This document shows, one piece after another, positions 17,427-27,988 of a stretch of DNA of 64,000 nt (the first letter of the stretch is position 1; each line of letters begins with the position of its first letter). A program made the position numbers and the translations under genes. The notes under the pieces were generated by a model, which was not told the origin of the DNA, ran no database searches, and was given only the letters and a program-made list of their open reading frames with translations. The stretch comes from an uncultured Candidatus Peribacteria bacterium (GTDB lineage: Bacteria; Patescibacteriota; Gracilibacteria; UBA4473): the NCBI GenBank assembly GCA_964578905.1, contig CAZOER010000002.1, forward strand, positions 4,840 to 68,839, written 5' to 3'.

Positions 17427-18410
17427 ATGCAAGACAAAATTCAATCGGCTCTCGGCTCTACAGTGGATAAAATCGAATTTCCCCAAGCTCTTTCCTATCA
17501 CTCAGGAAAAGTACGGGAAAGTTTTACACTTCCTAATGAGCAACGAGCTATCGTAGTGTCAGACCGGATTTCAGCGTTTGATTTTATTCTTGGAACGATT
17601 CCTTTTAAAGGACAAGTATTGAACAGAATTGCCGCGTGGTGGTTTGAGAAACTTGATGGGGTTGTGAATCATCACTTTATTTCAACACCAGATCCAAATA
17701 TTTCCCTCGTGAAGAATGCAAAAGTTCTCCCCGTAGAAATTATCGTTCGAGGATATCTCACCGGAACAACAAAAACGTCATCATGGTATTCCTACCAAAA
17801 TCTAAACAGAATGATTTGCGGAATTGAAATGCCAGAAGGTATGAAGAAAAATCAAAAGTTTGAAGCTCCTATTATTACACCGACTACAAAACCAACTGAA
17901 CCTGGAGCTCATGATGCTCCTATCACAAAGGAAGAGATTGTCGCACAGGGACTCGTAACAGCCCAAATGTATGAACAAGTAGAAGAGTATGCGATGAAAA
18001 TGTTTACCCTCGGTCAAAAGGTAGCAGCGGAGCGAGGACTCATACTTGTCGACACGAAATATGAAATGGGAATTGATAGTGAAGGAAATCTCATGGTGAT
18101 TGATGAAGTGCACACACCAGACAGTTCTCGATACTGGATTGCTAATTCGTATGAGGAGCGATTTAATAATGACGAAGAACCAGACATGCTCGATAAAGAG
18201 TTTGTTCGACGAATGATTGTCGGAGCAGGATATGATGTAAATGACCTCGAAAAAAACCCTGCAGATTTTATGACGGATGAGCTACGAATGGCAGCAGCAG
18301 AGAAATATATTCAGCTTTTTGAAAAAGTAACGGGCGAAGCTTTTGAATTCCCAGAGGAACTTAATGCAAAAGTAAGAATTGAAGAATCTCTTCAAAGTCT
18401 CTTGAAATAG
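17427..18410 (+). CDS. purC: Phosphoribosylaminoimidazole-succinocarboxamide (SAICAR) synthase, long form
   Basis: SGKVRESF...VVSDRISAFD...LILVDTKYEMG...IDEVHTPDSSRYW are SAICAR synthetase motifs. Confidence 0.85.
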   Translation: MQDKIQSALGSTVDKIEFPQALSYHSGKVRESFTLPNEQRAIVVSDRISAFDFILGTIPFKGQVLNRIAAWWFEKLDGVVNHHFISTPDPNISLVKNAKVLPVEIIVRGYLTGTTKTSSWYSYQNLNRMICGIEMPEGMKKNQKFEAPIITPTTKPTEPGAHDAPITKEEIVAQGLVTAQMYEQVEEYAMKMFTLGQKVAAERGLILVDTKYEMGIDSEGNLMVIDEVHTPDSSRYWIANSYEERFNNDEEPDMLDKEFVRRMIVGAGYDVNDLEKNPADFMTDELRMAAAEKYIQLFEKVTGEAFEFPEELNAKVRIEESLQSLLK

Positions 18411-18476
18411 AGGTTTCTCTTGCTTAGTACAATAAAACATTTTTGTTATTCCGCCACTGTTTTTTAGATAAATGGT

Positions 18477-18506
18477 TTGATTTGTATAAAGGAAACGTAA
18501 TAGAAT
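18477..18506 (+). promoter_or_regulatory. Putative promoter TTGATT-18-TAGAAT upstream of the pilin gene
   Basis: Hexamers at 18477-18482 and 18501-18506. A second -35-like module, CCCTTGAAGTTTACCTTT at 18510, resembles the promoter module of the giant-gene locus. Confidence 0.35.
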
Positions 18507-18551
18507 AGCCCTTGAAGTTTACCTTTCTTCTAATTCTTAAACCTTTTCAAA

Positions 18552-19130
18552 ATGAAAAAAAGAAATTTCGGTTTTACGCTCATTGAGCTCCTCGTGGTGA
18601 TAGTGATCATCGGTATATTGGCGACGATTTCTACTGCTACTTTTAAATCTTACTTCGGAAAAGCACGTGATGCTGAACGGCAATCAGGTGTGCAAAATAT
18701 CGCCTTGATGATCAAGGTGGATGGAGCGGACGATTGGAAGAATACAAAGTATGTTTACGCTTTGCCAGCAGATCTTTCAGCGCTTATGGCGGCAAACGAC
18801 TTCAGGGTTCCAGCAGGAAAGAACAATATTTGTTACTTCATTGGAATGGCTGATGGAACAGAGTCAGGAGTTGGTGATGACAATGAATTTGTTATTGCGA
18901 CTTGGGGAGAATCAACAAGTACAGTAGAAACAGGAACACCGGGACTGTTACTTGATGGAACACAAGGAGCGATAGACGCATTGGAAGCCGCAACATTTGA
19001 TTCAGCAGATTTCACTTGTGCAGCAGACATGACAGATGTTATGGCAGCATTTGTAGCAGGAGTTGATGGTACGGAATCAGATCACTATATTGATGACAAT
19101 GGGGATATTATTGCTGACATGACGCCGTAA
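18552..19130 (+). CDS. Type IV pilin-like protein (prepilin N-terminal cleavage/methylation domain)
   Basis: MKKRNFG/FTLIELLVVIVIIGILATI is the canonical class III signal peptide. The C-terminal domain is variable and acidic. Confidence 0.85.
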   Translation: MKKRNFGFTLIELLVVIVIIGILATISTATFKSYFGKARDAERQSGVQNIALMIKVDGADDWKNTKYVYALPADLSALMAANDFRVPAGKNNICYFIGMADGTESGVGDDNEFVIATWGESTSTVETGTPGLLLDGTQGAIDALEAATFDSADFTCAADMTDVMAAFVAGVDGTESDHYIDDNGDIIADMTP

Positions 19131-19172
19131 TAGAATTTGAGGATTGAAATAGAAGGTTACTTCTGAAATTAA

Positions 19173-19200
19173 GGCCCCCGGCATTAGCTGGGGGTTTTTG
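19173..19200 (+). terminator. Rho-independent terminator of the pilin gene
   Basis: CCCCCGGC-ATTA-GCTGGGGG followed by TTTTT. Confidence 0.75.
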
Positions 19201-19205
19201 TATTA

Positions 19206-19234
19206 TTGGATACGTATCCACTTTTAAGTATAAT
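19206..19234 (+). promoter_or_regulatory. Promoter TTGGAT-17-TATAAT overlapped by the palindrome GGATACGTATCC
   Basis: Hexamers at 19206-19211 and 19229-19234, with the 12-bp perfect palindrome at 19208-19219. The in-frame ATG at 19245 is 10 nt from the -10. Confidence 0.55.
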
Positions 19235-19244
19235 GCCACGTGCG

Positions 19245-20105
19245 ATGTCAAAGAATTGGATTTACTGGCGAGTCGGACACATCTTTATAGATGTTATTGG
19301 AGTATACGGTGCATTTCTATTGGCGTATTTTATTCGTGTAGGATGGATCTTTTCGACAGACCTTCCCATTGCACTCTTTGCAGCTTTATCAGGAGGGGCG
19401 ACAATTGTTTGGATAGGATTTCTTATCTTTTCAAAGTACTACCGGATACCGCCTCGATCAGGAGGACGAAAATGTTTTGATTTCTTTTTATCGATTTTCG
19501 GTGGTGCACTCGCCGTCGGAATGTTAATCGTGACATACTTCTTTCCACGGGAGATTCTTTTCTCTCGACTCATTGGAGTCTACATCTTCTTCTTTGGAAT
19601 TATCTGGTTGGCGATTACGCAATGGATATTTCGATCTTTTCTCGCATGGGCAAAGAAGAAAGAGCAGAATATTTATCGTACGCTTATCGTGGGAGCCAAT
19701 CGGGTATCCGAGAAACTCATTCACGCTATCGAAACAAACCTCTACGCGCCCTACAAGATTGTCGGAGTGATTGATCCGTATGGAATGGCAAAGCACATTA
19801 AAGGAGCAGAAATACTTGGGAAGCTCGACAAACTAGAATCGGTGTGTGAGGAGCAGGGGATTACCGCGCTCATTCAATGTGATGGATTCGAACACACGTT
19901 AAATCTCATCAGCTTCTGTGACGAAAATAATATTAAGTTTCAATTCGATCCAGCGCTTCGAGGAATCTTTGAAGACAACCTTCGGATTCGAGAAGTGGCA
20001 GGCGTCACCATGATTTCTTTTGTGCAACGAGATTTCTCAGGACGCAAAAAAGTTACCTTTCGATTGATAGACTGGATACTTCAGCAAGTCTTTGACGTGG
20101 ACTGA
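19245..20105 (+). CDS. N-terminal (TM + CoA-binding-like) portion of a WcaJ/polyprenyl-phosphate sugar transferase, lacking the catalytic domain (possible gene remnant)
   Basis: Four or five TM helices, then RTLIVGANRVSEKLI...YKIVGVID...ILGKLDKL...ITALIQCD, which is typical of the CoA_binding_3 region. The ORF ends at ...RKKVTFRLIDWILQQVFDVD*, where the transferase domain normally begins. The stop abuts a repeat element. Confidence 0.55.
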   Translation: MSKNWIYWRVGHIFIDVIGVYGAFLLAYFIRVGWIFSTDLPIALFAALSGGATIVWIGFLIFSKYYRIPPRSGGRKCFDFFLSIFGGALAVGMLIVTYFFPREILFSRLIGVYIFFFGIIWLAITQWIFRSFLAWAKKKEQNIYRTLIVGANRVSEKLIHAIETNLYAPYKIVGVIDPYGMAKHIKGAEILGKLDKLESVCEEQGITALIQCDGFEHTLNLISFCDENNIKFQFDPALRGIFEDNLRIREVAGVTMISFVQRDFSGRKKVTFRLIDWILQQVFDVD

Positions 20106-20126
20106 TCCCCGACAAGCGAGGATGAC
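20103..20126. repeat. Small hairpin repeat family member at the truncation point
   Basis: TGATCCCCGACAAGCGAGGATGAC, an imperfect TCC..G/CG.GGA hairpin with a TGA...TGAC frame. Confidence 0.5.
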
Positions 20127-20145
20127 GTTAATAGGAAAAGATATT

Positions 20146-22105
<1,960 letters not shown>

Positions 22106-22156
22106 AAGAAAATAAGTGATTTCGTGTGGGAAAGTTTCGAATAAATGCAAACGATT

Positions 22157-22184
22157 TTGACCCTTTTTTAAGAACCCCTATAAT
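22157..22184 (+). promoter_or_regulatory. ybaB promoter TTGACC-16-TATAAT
   Basis: Hexamers at 22157-22162 and 22179-22184, divergent from the gyrB promoter. Confidence 0.6.
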
Positions 22185-22206
22185 CCCCTCACTTAACTTT
22201 TTAAAA

Positions 22207-22506
22207 ATGGGAATGTTCGGACAAATGGGCGACATGTACAAGCTTCAAAAAGAAGCAAAGAAGATCAAAAAGGAACTGGCACAAATACACGTTTCTGCCG
22301 AAGCGAGTGGTGTGAAAATCGTAGTGAACGGAGAACAACAACTTCTTTCTATTGAATTTATCGACGAATCAATTGTGCAAGACACAAAGAAACTCGAAAA
22401 AGCGATTGTAGAAGCCATGAATCGAGCGATGAAGAAAGCACAAGAAGTAGCAGCAGAAAAAATGAAACCTCTCATGGGAGGACTTGGAATGGGAGGACAA
22501 CAATAA
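22207..22506 (+). CDS. ybaB: Nucleoid-associated protein YbaB/EbfC
   Basis: MGMFGQMGDMYKLQKEAKKIKKEL...VKIVVNGEQQLLSIEFIDESI...AMNRAMKKAQE is the YbaB pattern. ATG at 22207. Confidence 0.85.
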   Translation: MGMFGQMGDMYKLQKEAKKIKKELAQIHVSAEASGVKIVVNGEQQLLSIEFIDESIVQDTKKLEKAIVEAMNRAMKKAQEVAAEKMKPLMGGLGMGGQQ

Positions 22507-22509
22507 ACT

Positions 22510-23478
22510 ATGAAAAAATTTATCCTTCTCGTATTGGTATTTATAGGACTCTATTTTGCTGGGCGAATGTTGCTCGTGTGGAGTAGACCCAATTCAGACA
22601 GCACGGATCGTGTATCCATTGAGATTGTAAAAGGCTCAACGCTTTCAGCAATTTCAGAAAAACTAGAAGAAAAGGAACTCATCCGCGATGCATTTGTGTT
22701 TCGGTTTTATTCTCGATTAAATCGACTTACGACAAAGTATCAGGCAGGGGAGTTTGTGATTCAAAAAAATCTCACCTTCAAAGAAATAGCAGACGTACTG
22801 CAACACGGGAAGAGCTCAGAGATTAGAATCACCATTCCAGAAGGTTCAACGATTGCGCAGATTGATGATATTTTGGCAAAGAAAAGTCTGCTCGAAGCAG
22901 GGGATTTAATAGAGTGTGCGAATTTTTGTAATTTTACGTTTGAAATAGATTCGCTTGAGGGACACTTGTTTCCGTCGACTTATTTTGTGAATCCAAAGAC
23001 ATTTACAACGAAGCTCTTTGTTTCCCGTTTATACAATACCTTTCAGCAACAAATATCACCAATCCGGCAAGGTATTGCTCAGTCTGGACGGACGCTCAAT
23101 GAAATCGTCATCATGGCTTCCATGATCGAACGAGAGACAAGGCTTGAATCAGAGATGGCACCAGTCGCAGGAGTGCTCTGGAAACGTCTTGATGAGCGTA
23201 TTCACCTTGGAGTGGATGCTACGACCCGATACGAGTTAAATGAGTGGAAACGACCGCTCTACACGGAAGACTTTGAAAAAACAACGCCCTACAACACACG
23301 AAGAAATTACGGATTGCCACCGACAGCGATTTCCAATCCTGGACTCCCAGCGATCAAAGCAGCCGTTTTCCCAGAGGAAACACCTTATTACTACTACCTT
23401 CATGATAGGAAGGGGCAGATTCATTTCGCAGAAGACTTAGACGGTCACGTGCGAAACAAACAGATATATTTGAATTAA
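22510..23478 (+). CDS. mltG: Endolytic murein transglycosylase (YceG-like)
   Basis: N-terminal TM anchor and YceG motifs (...IPEGSTI.QI..., ...IVIMASMIERET..., ...YNTR...GLPP.AI.NPG). Confidence 0.85.
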   Translation: MKKFILLVLVFIGLYFAGRMLLVWSRPNSDSTDRVSIEIVKGSTLSAISEKLEEKELIRDAFVFRFYSRLNRLTTKYQAGEFVIQKNLTFKEIADVLQHGKSSEIRITIPEGSTIAQIDDILAKKSLLEAGDLIECANFCNFTFEIDSLEGHLFPSTYFVNPKTFTTKLFVSRLYNTFQQQISPIRQGIAQSGRTLNEIVIMASMIERETRLESEMAPVAGVLWKRLDERIHLGVDATTRYELNEWKRPLYTEDFEKTTPYNTRRNYGLPPTAISNPGLPAIKAAVFPEETPYYYYLHDRKGQIHFAEDLDGHVRNKQIYLN

Positions 23479-23487
23479 ATTCTATTT

Positions 23488-23644
23488 TGTCACCCTGAAC
23501 TTGTTTCAGGGTCAAGCGTCCCGAAGTTATTACCTGTTTGAGCGTAGCGAGTGCAGAAACTTAAAGTCTGACTCTGAAATAAATTCAGAGTGACAATAAA
23601 GGAAGAGGATTATTAAATTCAGGATCAAGCCCGGAATGACAAAA
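23488..23644. repeat. Composite multi-hairpin repeat element (copy related to 40821-41020)
   Basis: Contains hairpin ACCCTGAA-CTTGT-TTCAGGGT (23492-23512), hairpin ACTCTGAA-ATAAA-TTCAGAGT (23571-23591), then GTGACAATAAAGGAAGAGGATTATTAAATTC...CCGGAATGACAAAA. Module order matches the 40.8-kb copy. Confidence 0.7.
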
Positions 23645-23690
23645 GAGGGGCATTGCCAAAACAGCCATTTTCTGCAATCCTGTCGATGCA

Positions 23691-24530
23691 ATGAAGACTC
23701 TTCTTGTTGGAAATTTCGGAGCAAAAAATATTGGTGATGAACTTATCCTTGCATCAGCGATTGATCGCTACCCAGAAGTAATTGTATCAACGGCTGATGG
23801 AGAGTATTCACAGTGCTTTTTGGAAAAAGAATTCCAGGCAGTCAAACCGTTCCCAACGGGAATAAAGAGTGTCATTCGTTTTGTCTTTAATAGAAATAAA
23901 ACACTGTGGTCGTATCGAAAAAATATTGATCATATTGTGCTCCCGGGTGGGGGACTCTTTGCGATTCGAAACAAAGCGTGGTGGATATGGGGACTGACGA
24001 TTCTTGGTTTACGAAAAATGTTTCCTACGGCGAGAATCGAATTGCAATCACAAGGAATTGATCGTCCAAAGAATTGGTTTCAATCATTTTTCTTGCGAGA
24101 AGTATTAAAAAATGTGCATTCGATTTCTGTTCGAGATCAAGCAAGTGCGGATGTCCTTCGTTCTTTCAATACAGAAGCTCCAGTGGTGGGAGATGCAGTA
24201 GAGATGTGGTTAGAGAACCATATTGTCCATGAAAAAGAAAGCACAAAAACGATCCTTAACGCACGAGCACCGTGGACAGAAAAATGGCCCAAGGCAGATC
24301 TTTTTATTGCAATGGAAGAAGGGGATCGCCAATTTGCTCCAGAAGGAATGACAGCGATTCACCCTTCGACAATGAAGGAGGCGCTGGCAATCTTTGCATC
24401 GACGAAAAAAGCGATTGGGCAGAGACTTCATTTTCTCATTCTTGCTCATGCTTGTGGCGCGGAAGTCAAAACTCTTGGAAAGCCCTACGCAGAGAAAGTA
24501 GAAGCGTGGTGTAAGGAGAAGGGGATTTAG
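23691..24530 (+). CDS. Polysaccharide pyruvyl transferase family protein (tentative)
   Basis: The N-terminus MKTLLVGNFGAKNIGDELIL matches the G.yG..N.GD motif of PS_pyruv_trans proteins. The rest is not diagnostic. Confidence 0.6.
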   Translation: MKTLLVGNFGAKNIGDELILASAIDRYPEVIVSTADGEYSQCFLEKEFQAVKPFPTGIKSVIRFVFNRNKTLWSYRKNIDHIVLPGGGLFAIRNKAWWIWGLTILGLRKMFPTARIELQSQGIDRPKNWFQSFFLREVLKNVHSISVRDQASADVLRSFNTEAPVVGDAVEMWLENHIVHEKESTKTILNARAPWTEKWPKADLFIAMEEGDRQFAPEGMTAIHPSTMKEALAIFASTKKAIGQRLHFLILAHACGAEVKTLGKPYAEKVEAWCKEKGI

Positions 24531-24701
24531 GCGGACAATGGGGAACTCTTCCATTCTCCCTCGCTTCGCTCAGTCCGAGGTCGAGAACGCCACAATATTC
24601 GTTTTACTCCTTTGTGGACGTGAACCCACTTCTTAAAGGATTAAATCCTAATATCGTTCTTATTGAAAAAAAGCTCGAGACAAGCTCAAACTTTCTTTCA
24701 A

Positions 24702-24777
24702 TGGGGCGGACGATGGGGATTGAACCCACGACCATCGGTACCACAAACCGATGCTCTACCACTGAGCTACGTCCGCC
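24702..24777 (-). tRNA. tRNA-His (anticodon GTG) with encoded G-1 and encoded CCA
   Basis: Hand-folded cloverleaf: G(-1)-GCGGACG-TA-GCTC-AGTGGTA-GAGC-A-TCGGT-TTGTGGT-ACCGA-TGGTC-GTGGG-TTCAATC-CCCAT-CGTCCGC-C-CCA. Confidence 0.85.
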
Positions 24778-24838
24778 GTAGCGAGAGGGACAGTACTTTT
24801 TTTCTGGAAAAAATCAAATTTTCTGCAACAATCCGAGC

Positions 24839-25981
24839 GTGAAAAAACTTAAAATCGGAATAGACGCACGGATGTTCTCAGATTCTTTTACGGGAATCGG
24901 ACGATATAATTTTGAATTAACGAAACGATTCTTTTCTCACGAAGATATCGAGTGGGTGATCTTTATGAATGAGCCAGAATATTCGAAATATAATTTCCCT
25001 TCTCACGTGAAAAAGGTTCTTGTGAAGGCGCCTCATTATTCTTTCGCAGAGCAGGTGAAATTTTTGAAGATATTAAATAAAGAAAAATGTGACCTCGTTC
25101 ACTTTACGCATTTCAATGCCCCATTGTTGTATCGAGGGAAATTTATAACAACGATTCATGACACGACTATTTCCTTTTACCCAGGGAAGAAAATGAACTC
25201 TTGGTGGAGAAAGCTGGCGTATAATTTCGTTATTAAACACGCGATTGGAAAAGCGAAACAAATCATCACGGTTTCAGAAAACACGAAGAAGGATGTCGAA
25301 AAACTTTTCAGCACTCCGTCTTCAAAAACACAAACAGTATGGAATGGAATCGGGGAAGAGTTTCACGTGGTGTCTGATATTGAAAAACAAACAGTGAAAC
25401 AAAAATTAGAAATAGAATCACCGTTCATGCTCTACACGGGGAACTGGCGTGAGCACAAGAACCTCGTACGGTTGCTTCAGGCTTTCAAACTGATTCTCGA
25501 GAAATCATCAAAACCGGATGGACCCGCTTCTTTAAAAGATCTGCAATTGGTGATTACAGGGAAACCAGACCCATACTATCCAGAGGTGACAGAAACAATC
25601 GATCAGTTGGGATTGAAGGATTCGGTTAAACTGGTTGGACTGGTTGGACAAGAGGATTTGATTCGTCTCTATGGAGCGGCAGAAATATATGTATTCCCAA
25701 GTTTATACGAAGGGTTTGGACTTCCTCCGCTCGAAGCAATGCAGTGCGAAACACCAGTGGTGGCATCTCGTATTTCAGCAATTCCAGAAGTGTGCGGTGA
25801 TGCGGTTCAATACTTCAATCCTCAGGATATTGAAGACATGTCCACTCAAATTTTAAAACTCCTTTTACACGACGATGTGAAGGCAGACCTTATTGGGAAA
25901 GGAAAAAAGCAAATCGAAAAATTCTCATGGGACAGGGCGGCAAACGAAACTTTGAAAATCTATCAGAGCGTTTTAGAATGA
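24839..25981 (+). CDS. Glycosyltransferase family 4 (GT-B, group 1)
   Basis: ...VFPSLYEGFGLPPLEAMQCETPVVAS... is the GT4 E-x7-E region. GTG start at 24839. Confidence 0.85.
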   Translation: MKKLKIGIDARMFSDSFTGIGRYNFELTKRFFSHEDIEWVIFMNEPEYSKYNFPSHVKKVLVKAPHYSFAEQVKFLKILNKEKCDLVHFTHFNAPLLYRGKFITTIHDTTISFYPGKKMNSWWRKLAYNFVIKHAIGKAKQIITVSENTKKDVEKLFSTPSSKTQTVWNGIGEEFHVVSDIEKQTVKQKLEIESPFMLYTGNWREHKNLVRLLQAFKLILEKSSKPDGPASLKDLQLVITGKPDPYYPEVTETIDQLGLKDSVKLVGLVGQEDLIRLYGAAEIYVFPSLYEGFGLPPLEAMQCETPVVASRISAIPEVCGDAVQYFNPQDIEDMSTQILKLLLHDDVKADLIGKGKKQIEKFSWDRAANETLKIYQSVLE

Positions 25982-25985
25982 ATCC

Positions 25986-26843
25986 GTGCGTAAATTCTGT
26001 TTGTTTCTCGCGTTTCTAAGCCTTTCTTTCTCGATTGGAGGGATTGCTTTTGCGAAACTCGATCCAAAATTCCGAAAAGAATTTCCAGAATTCGTTGAGA
26101 ATCTTTGTGCTTCAACCGTTGAGTATGATCTCGGAGAACTTGATTCCACAAAACGAGCAGAAGAGAGAGAAGGAGAATTCCGGAAACACAAAAATGAATA
26201 CGATAACACGGTTAACTGTCTTTTTAATCGGGCTATTGTTAAAAGAATTACCAGTACAAATAGGGAAGTGGAGGAGTTTTTTGGAAGAAAAATTACGCAT
26301 CCAGATTTTGAATTTAAGGAGTTCGAAGAAGAAGAAAAATTTTGCAATAAGAACCTTCTTCGAAAAACAATTCAAAAACAACAACGAATCCGTGAGAAGA
26401 ATAAGAATCTTGCTACTGGAAAGTTTGAACCAGTAACAATGTGTATGGCAGATGAATTTGAAGGAGGAAAAGATGTATATTCCTCTTGTCGAATATCGGA
26501 GATGATGCTTTCAGAGCTCTGTGGATATCAGAATTACCTCTTGGCAAAAAGAGAAGACGATCACACTCTTTTGGGAGATACAAAAGGAAGAACACTAATG
26601 GAGATTGAAGCAGAATCAAATGAGATAAAAGATTATCTTGATATTGAACAGATTCGATCAAGAAAAGCGATGCACAATGCGATTTTGTTTTATCAGCAAT
26701 TTGAACAGAACTATCGACGACATGCGTGGCTCATTGGTATTCAAGAAGGACTGAGAGATGTTGGAAAACGGTTGTCATTTTTTCACGATAAAATTTTTAA
26801 CACATTTCCTACTAAATTTATTGATCACGAGAAACTTCAATGA
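25986..26843 (+). CDS. Secreted Cys-containing hypothetical protein (first of three coupled genes)
   Basis: GTG start 4 nt after the GT4 stop. Signal peptide MRKFCLFLAFLSLSFSIGGIAFA. No motif recognised. Confidence 0.7.
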   Translation: MRKFCLFLAFLSLSFSIGGIAFAKLDPKFRKEFPEFVENLCASTVEYDLGELDSTKRAEEREGEFRKHKNEYDNTVNCLFNRAIVKRITSTNREVEEFFGRKITHPDFEFKEFEEEEKFCNKNLLRKTIQKQQRIREKNKNLATGKFEPVTMCMADEFEGGKDVYSSCRISEMMLSELCGYQNYLLAKREDDHTLLGDTKGRTLMEIEAESNEIKDYLDIEQIRSRKAMHNAILFYQQFEQNYRRHAWLIGIQEGLRDVGKRLSFFHDKIFNTFPTKFIDHEKLQ

Positions 26844-27988
26844 TAAAGAGAATATTTGTAATTGCATTAATTTTTGTGTCTACCACAGTGATGGCAGAAA
26901 CGAAACCATACCCAGATCGTTGGGAGCAATTTGAAACACTTGAAGATTTAAAAGATGTCTATTGGGATATTTACAACGATACAAATTACGAAGATGAAGC
27001 AGAAGTTTTAGAACGACTTAAATGGCATGAGTTTGCTTTTACAGAAGAAGAAATGGATCAGTATCGAAAACTGAATGCGCCAGAAGTGAGTGCAGAGAAG
27101 AGTTATAAATTATCGGATCAATTAAAAACCTCAGATATTCTTCAGCAATATGCAGCCTATGAAAAAAAACTCCTCCGTTTGGAGAACGATATAGATTTGC
27201 GAAATTGGACGGAAACAGTGTTTGTGAACGACTCACTTGAAGATTCTCCATTTGATATAATGGAAGATTTGCATGCGATCGAAGAGGTGCTCTTTGGGAA
27301 AAAATTTGAAGAACAAAAATTCGAGTCACCTTTATTTATCAAATATGACGAGGAACAAAAAATACTTCTTCCCGATAGTGAGGACTGGCAGGATGGACGA
27401 GAAGAAGCACTTCAAAGTATGCTGAAAAATAGAAAATACAAAGACAGAGATATTTCGCTTACTGGAATGTTTGCAGGACTCAAAAAGCCAATGGACGATT
27501 TATTATCGCACTCCCTTGTTCGCGGACAGCCTGGAAAAAAATGGATGGAACAAGGAACTCCAAAAACGACATCAGGTGATACATATGGAGCAGATGTTAT
27601 AGGATATGATCCGCCATCTGACGATGCTGCAGCACCAGAATCAGAAACAGTTTTGATAGCACGCCCTTGGGATGAGCAATCGGGAACGGCAAAGCAAGAG
27701 CTCACAGCAATGTCGGAGTTGGCTCGGTACAGTAATAGAAATATGGGACAACTTATTTCAAATGTAGTTCAAAAAACAGAAGGGAAAAATATAAATGCTG
27801 AGGAGCTGTTAAAAAGTCAGCTTGTCGATTGGCAGAATGGTATGGAGTTTCGAGAGAAAAAAAGATATCACGAAACCATAAAAACAAGATTGAGTTTCTG
27901 GAATCAGAATATCGAAGCAATGCTTGAAGGATTTATTTCGATTCGGAGGATTTTGGATGCGTTCTTAAAAGAAAAGATAGAATCATGA
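26840..27988 (+). CDS. Secreted acidic hypothetical protein (second of three)
   Basis: ATGA overlap with the upstream gene. Signal peptide MIKRIFVIALIFVSTTVMA. Confidence 0.7.
   Translation: MIKRIFVIALIFVSTTVMAETKPYPDRWEQFETLEDLKDVYWDIYNDTNYEDEAEVLERLKWHEFAFTEEEMDQYRKLNAPEVSAEKSYKLSDQLKTSDILQQYAAYEKKLLRLENDIDLRNWTETVFVNDSLEDSPFDIMEDLHAIEEVLFGKKFEEQKFESPLFIKYDEEQKILLPDSEDWQDGREEALQSMLKNRKYKDRDISLTGMFAGLKKPMDDLLSHSLVRGQPGKKWMEQGTPKTTSGDTYGADVIGYDPPSDDAAAPESETVLIARPWDEQSGTAKQELTAMSELARYSNRNMGQLISNVVQKTEGKNINAEELLKSQLVDWQNGMEFREKKRYHETIKTRLSFWNQNIEAMLEGFISIRRILDAFLKEKIES

Noticed and set aside
24609-24639. tRNA-like fragment downstream of tRNA-His. The minus strand reads CCTTT-AAGAA-GTGGGTTCACGTCCAC-AAAGG, which resembles a T-arm inside a short helix. 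This could be an att-site duplicate marking an integrated island.
   Set aside because: Only about 9 nt (GTGGGTTCA) match the tRNA-His 3' half, the T-loop is one nt short, and there is no integrase or foreign-looking DNA nearby. Most simply it is a degenerate remnant or a chance hairpin.
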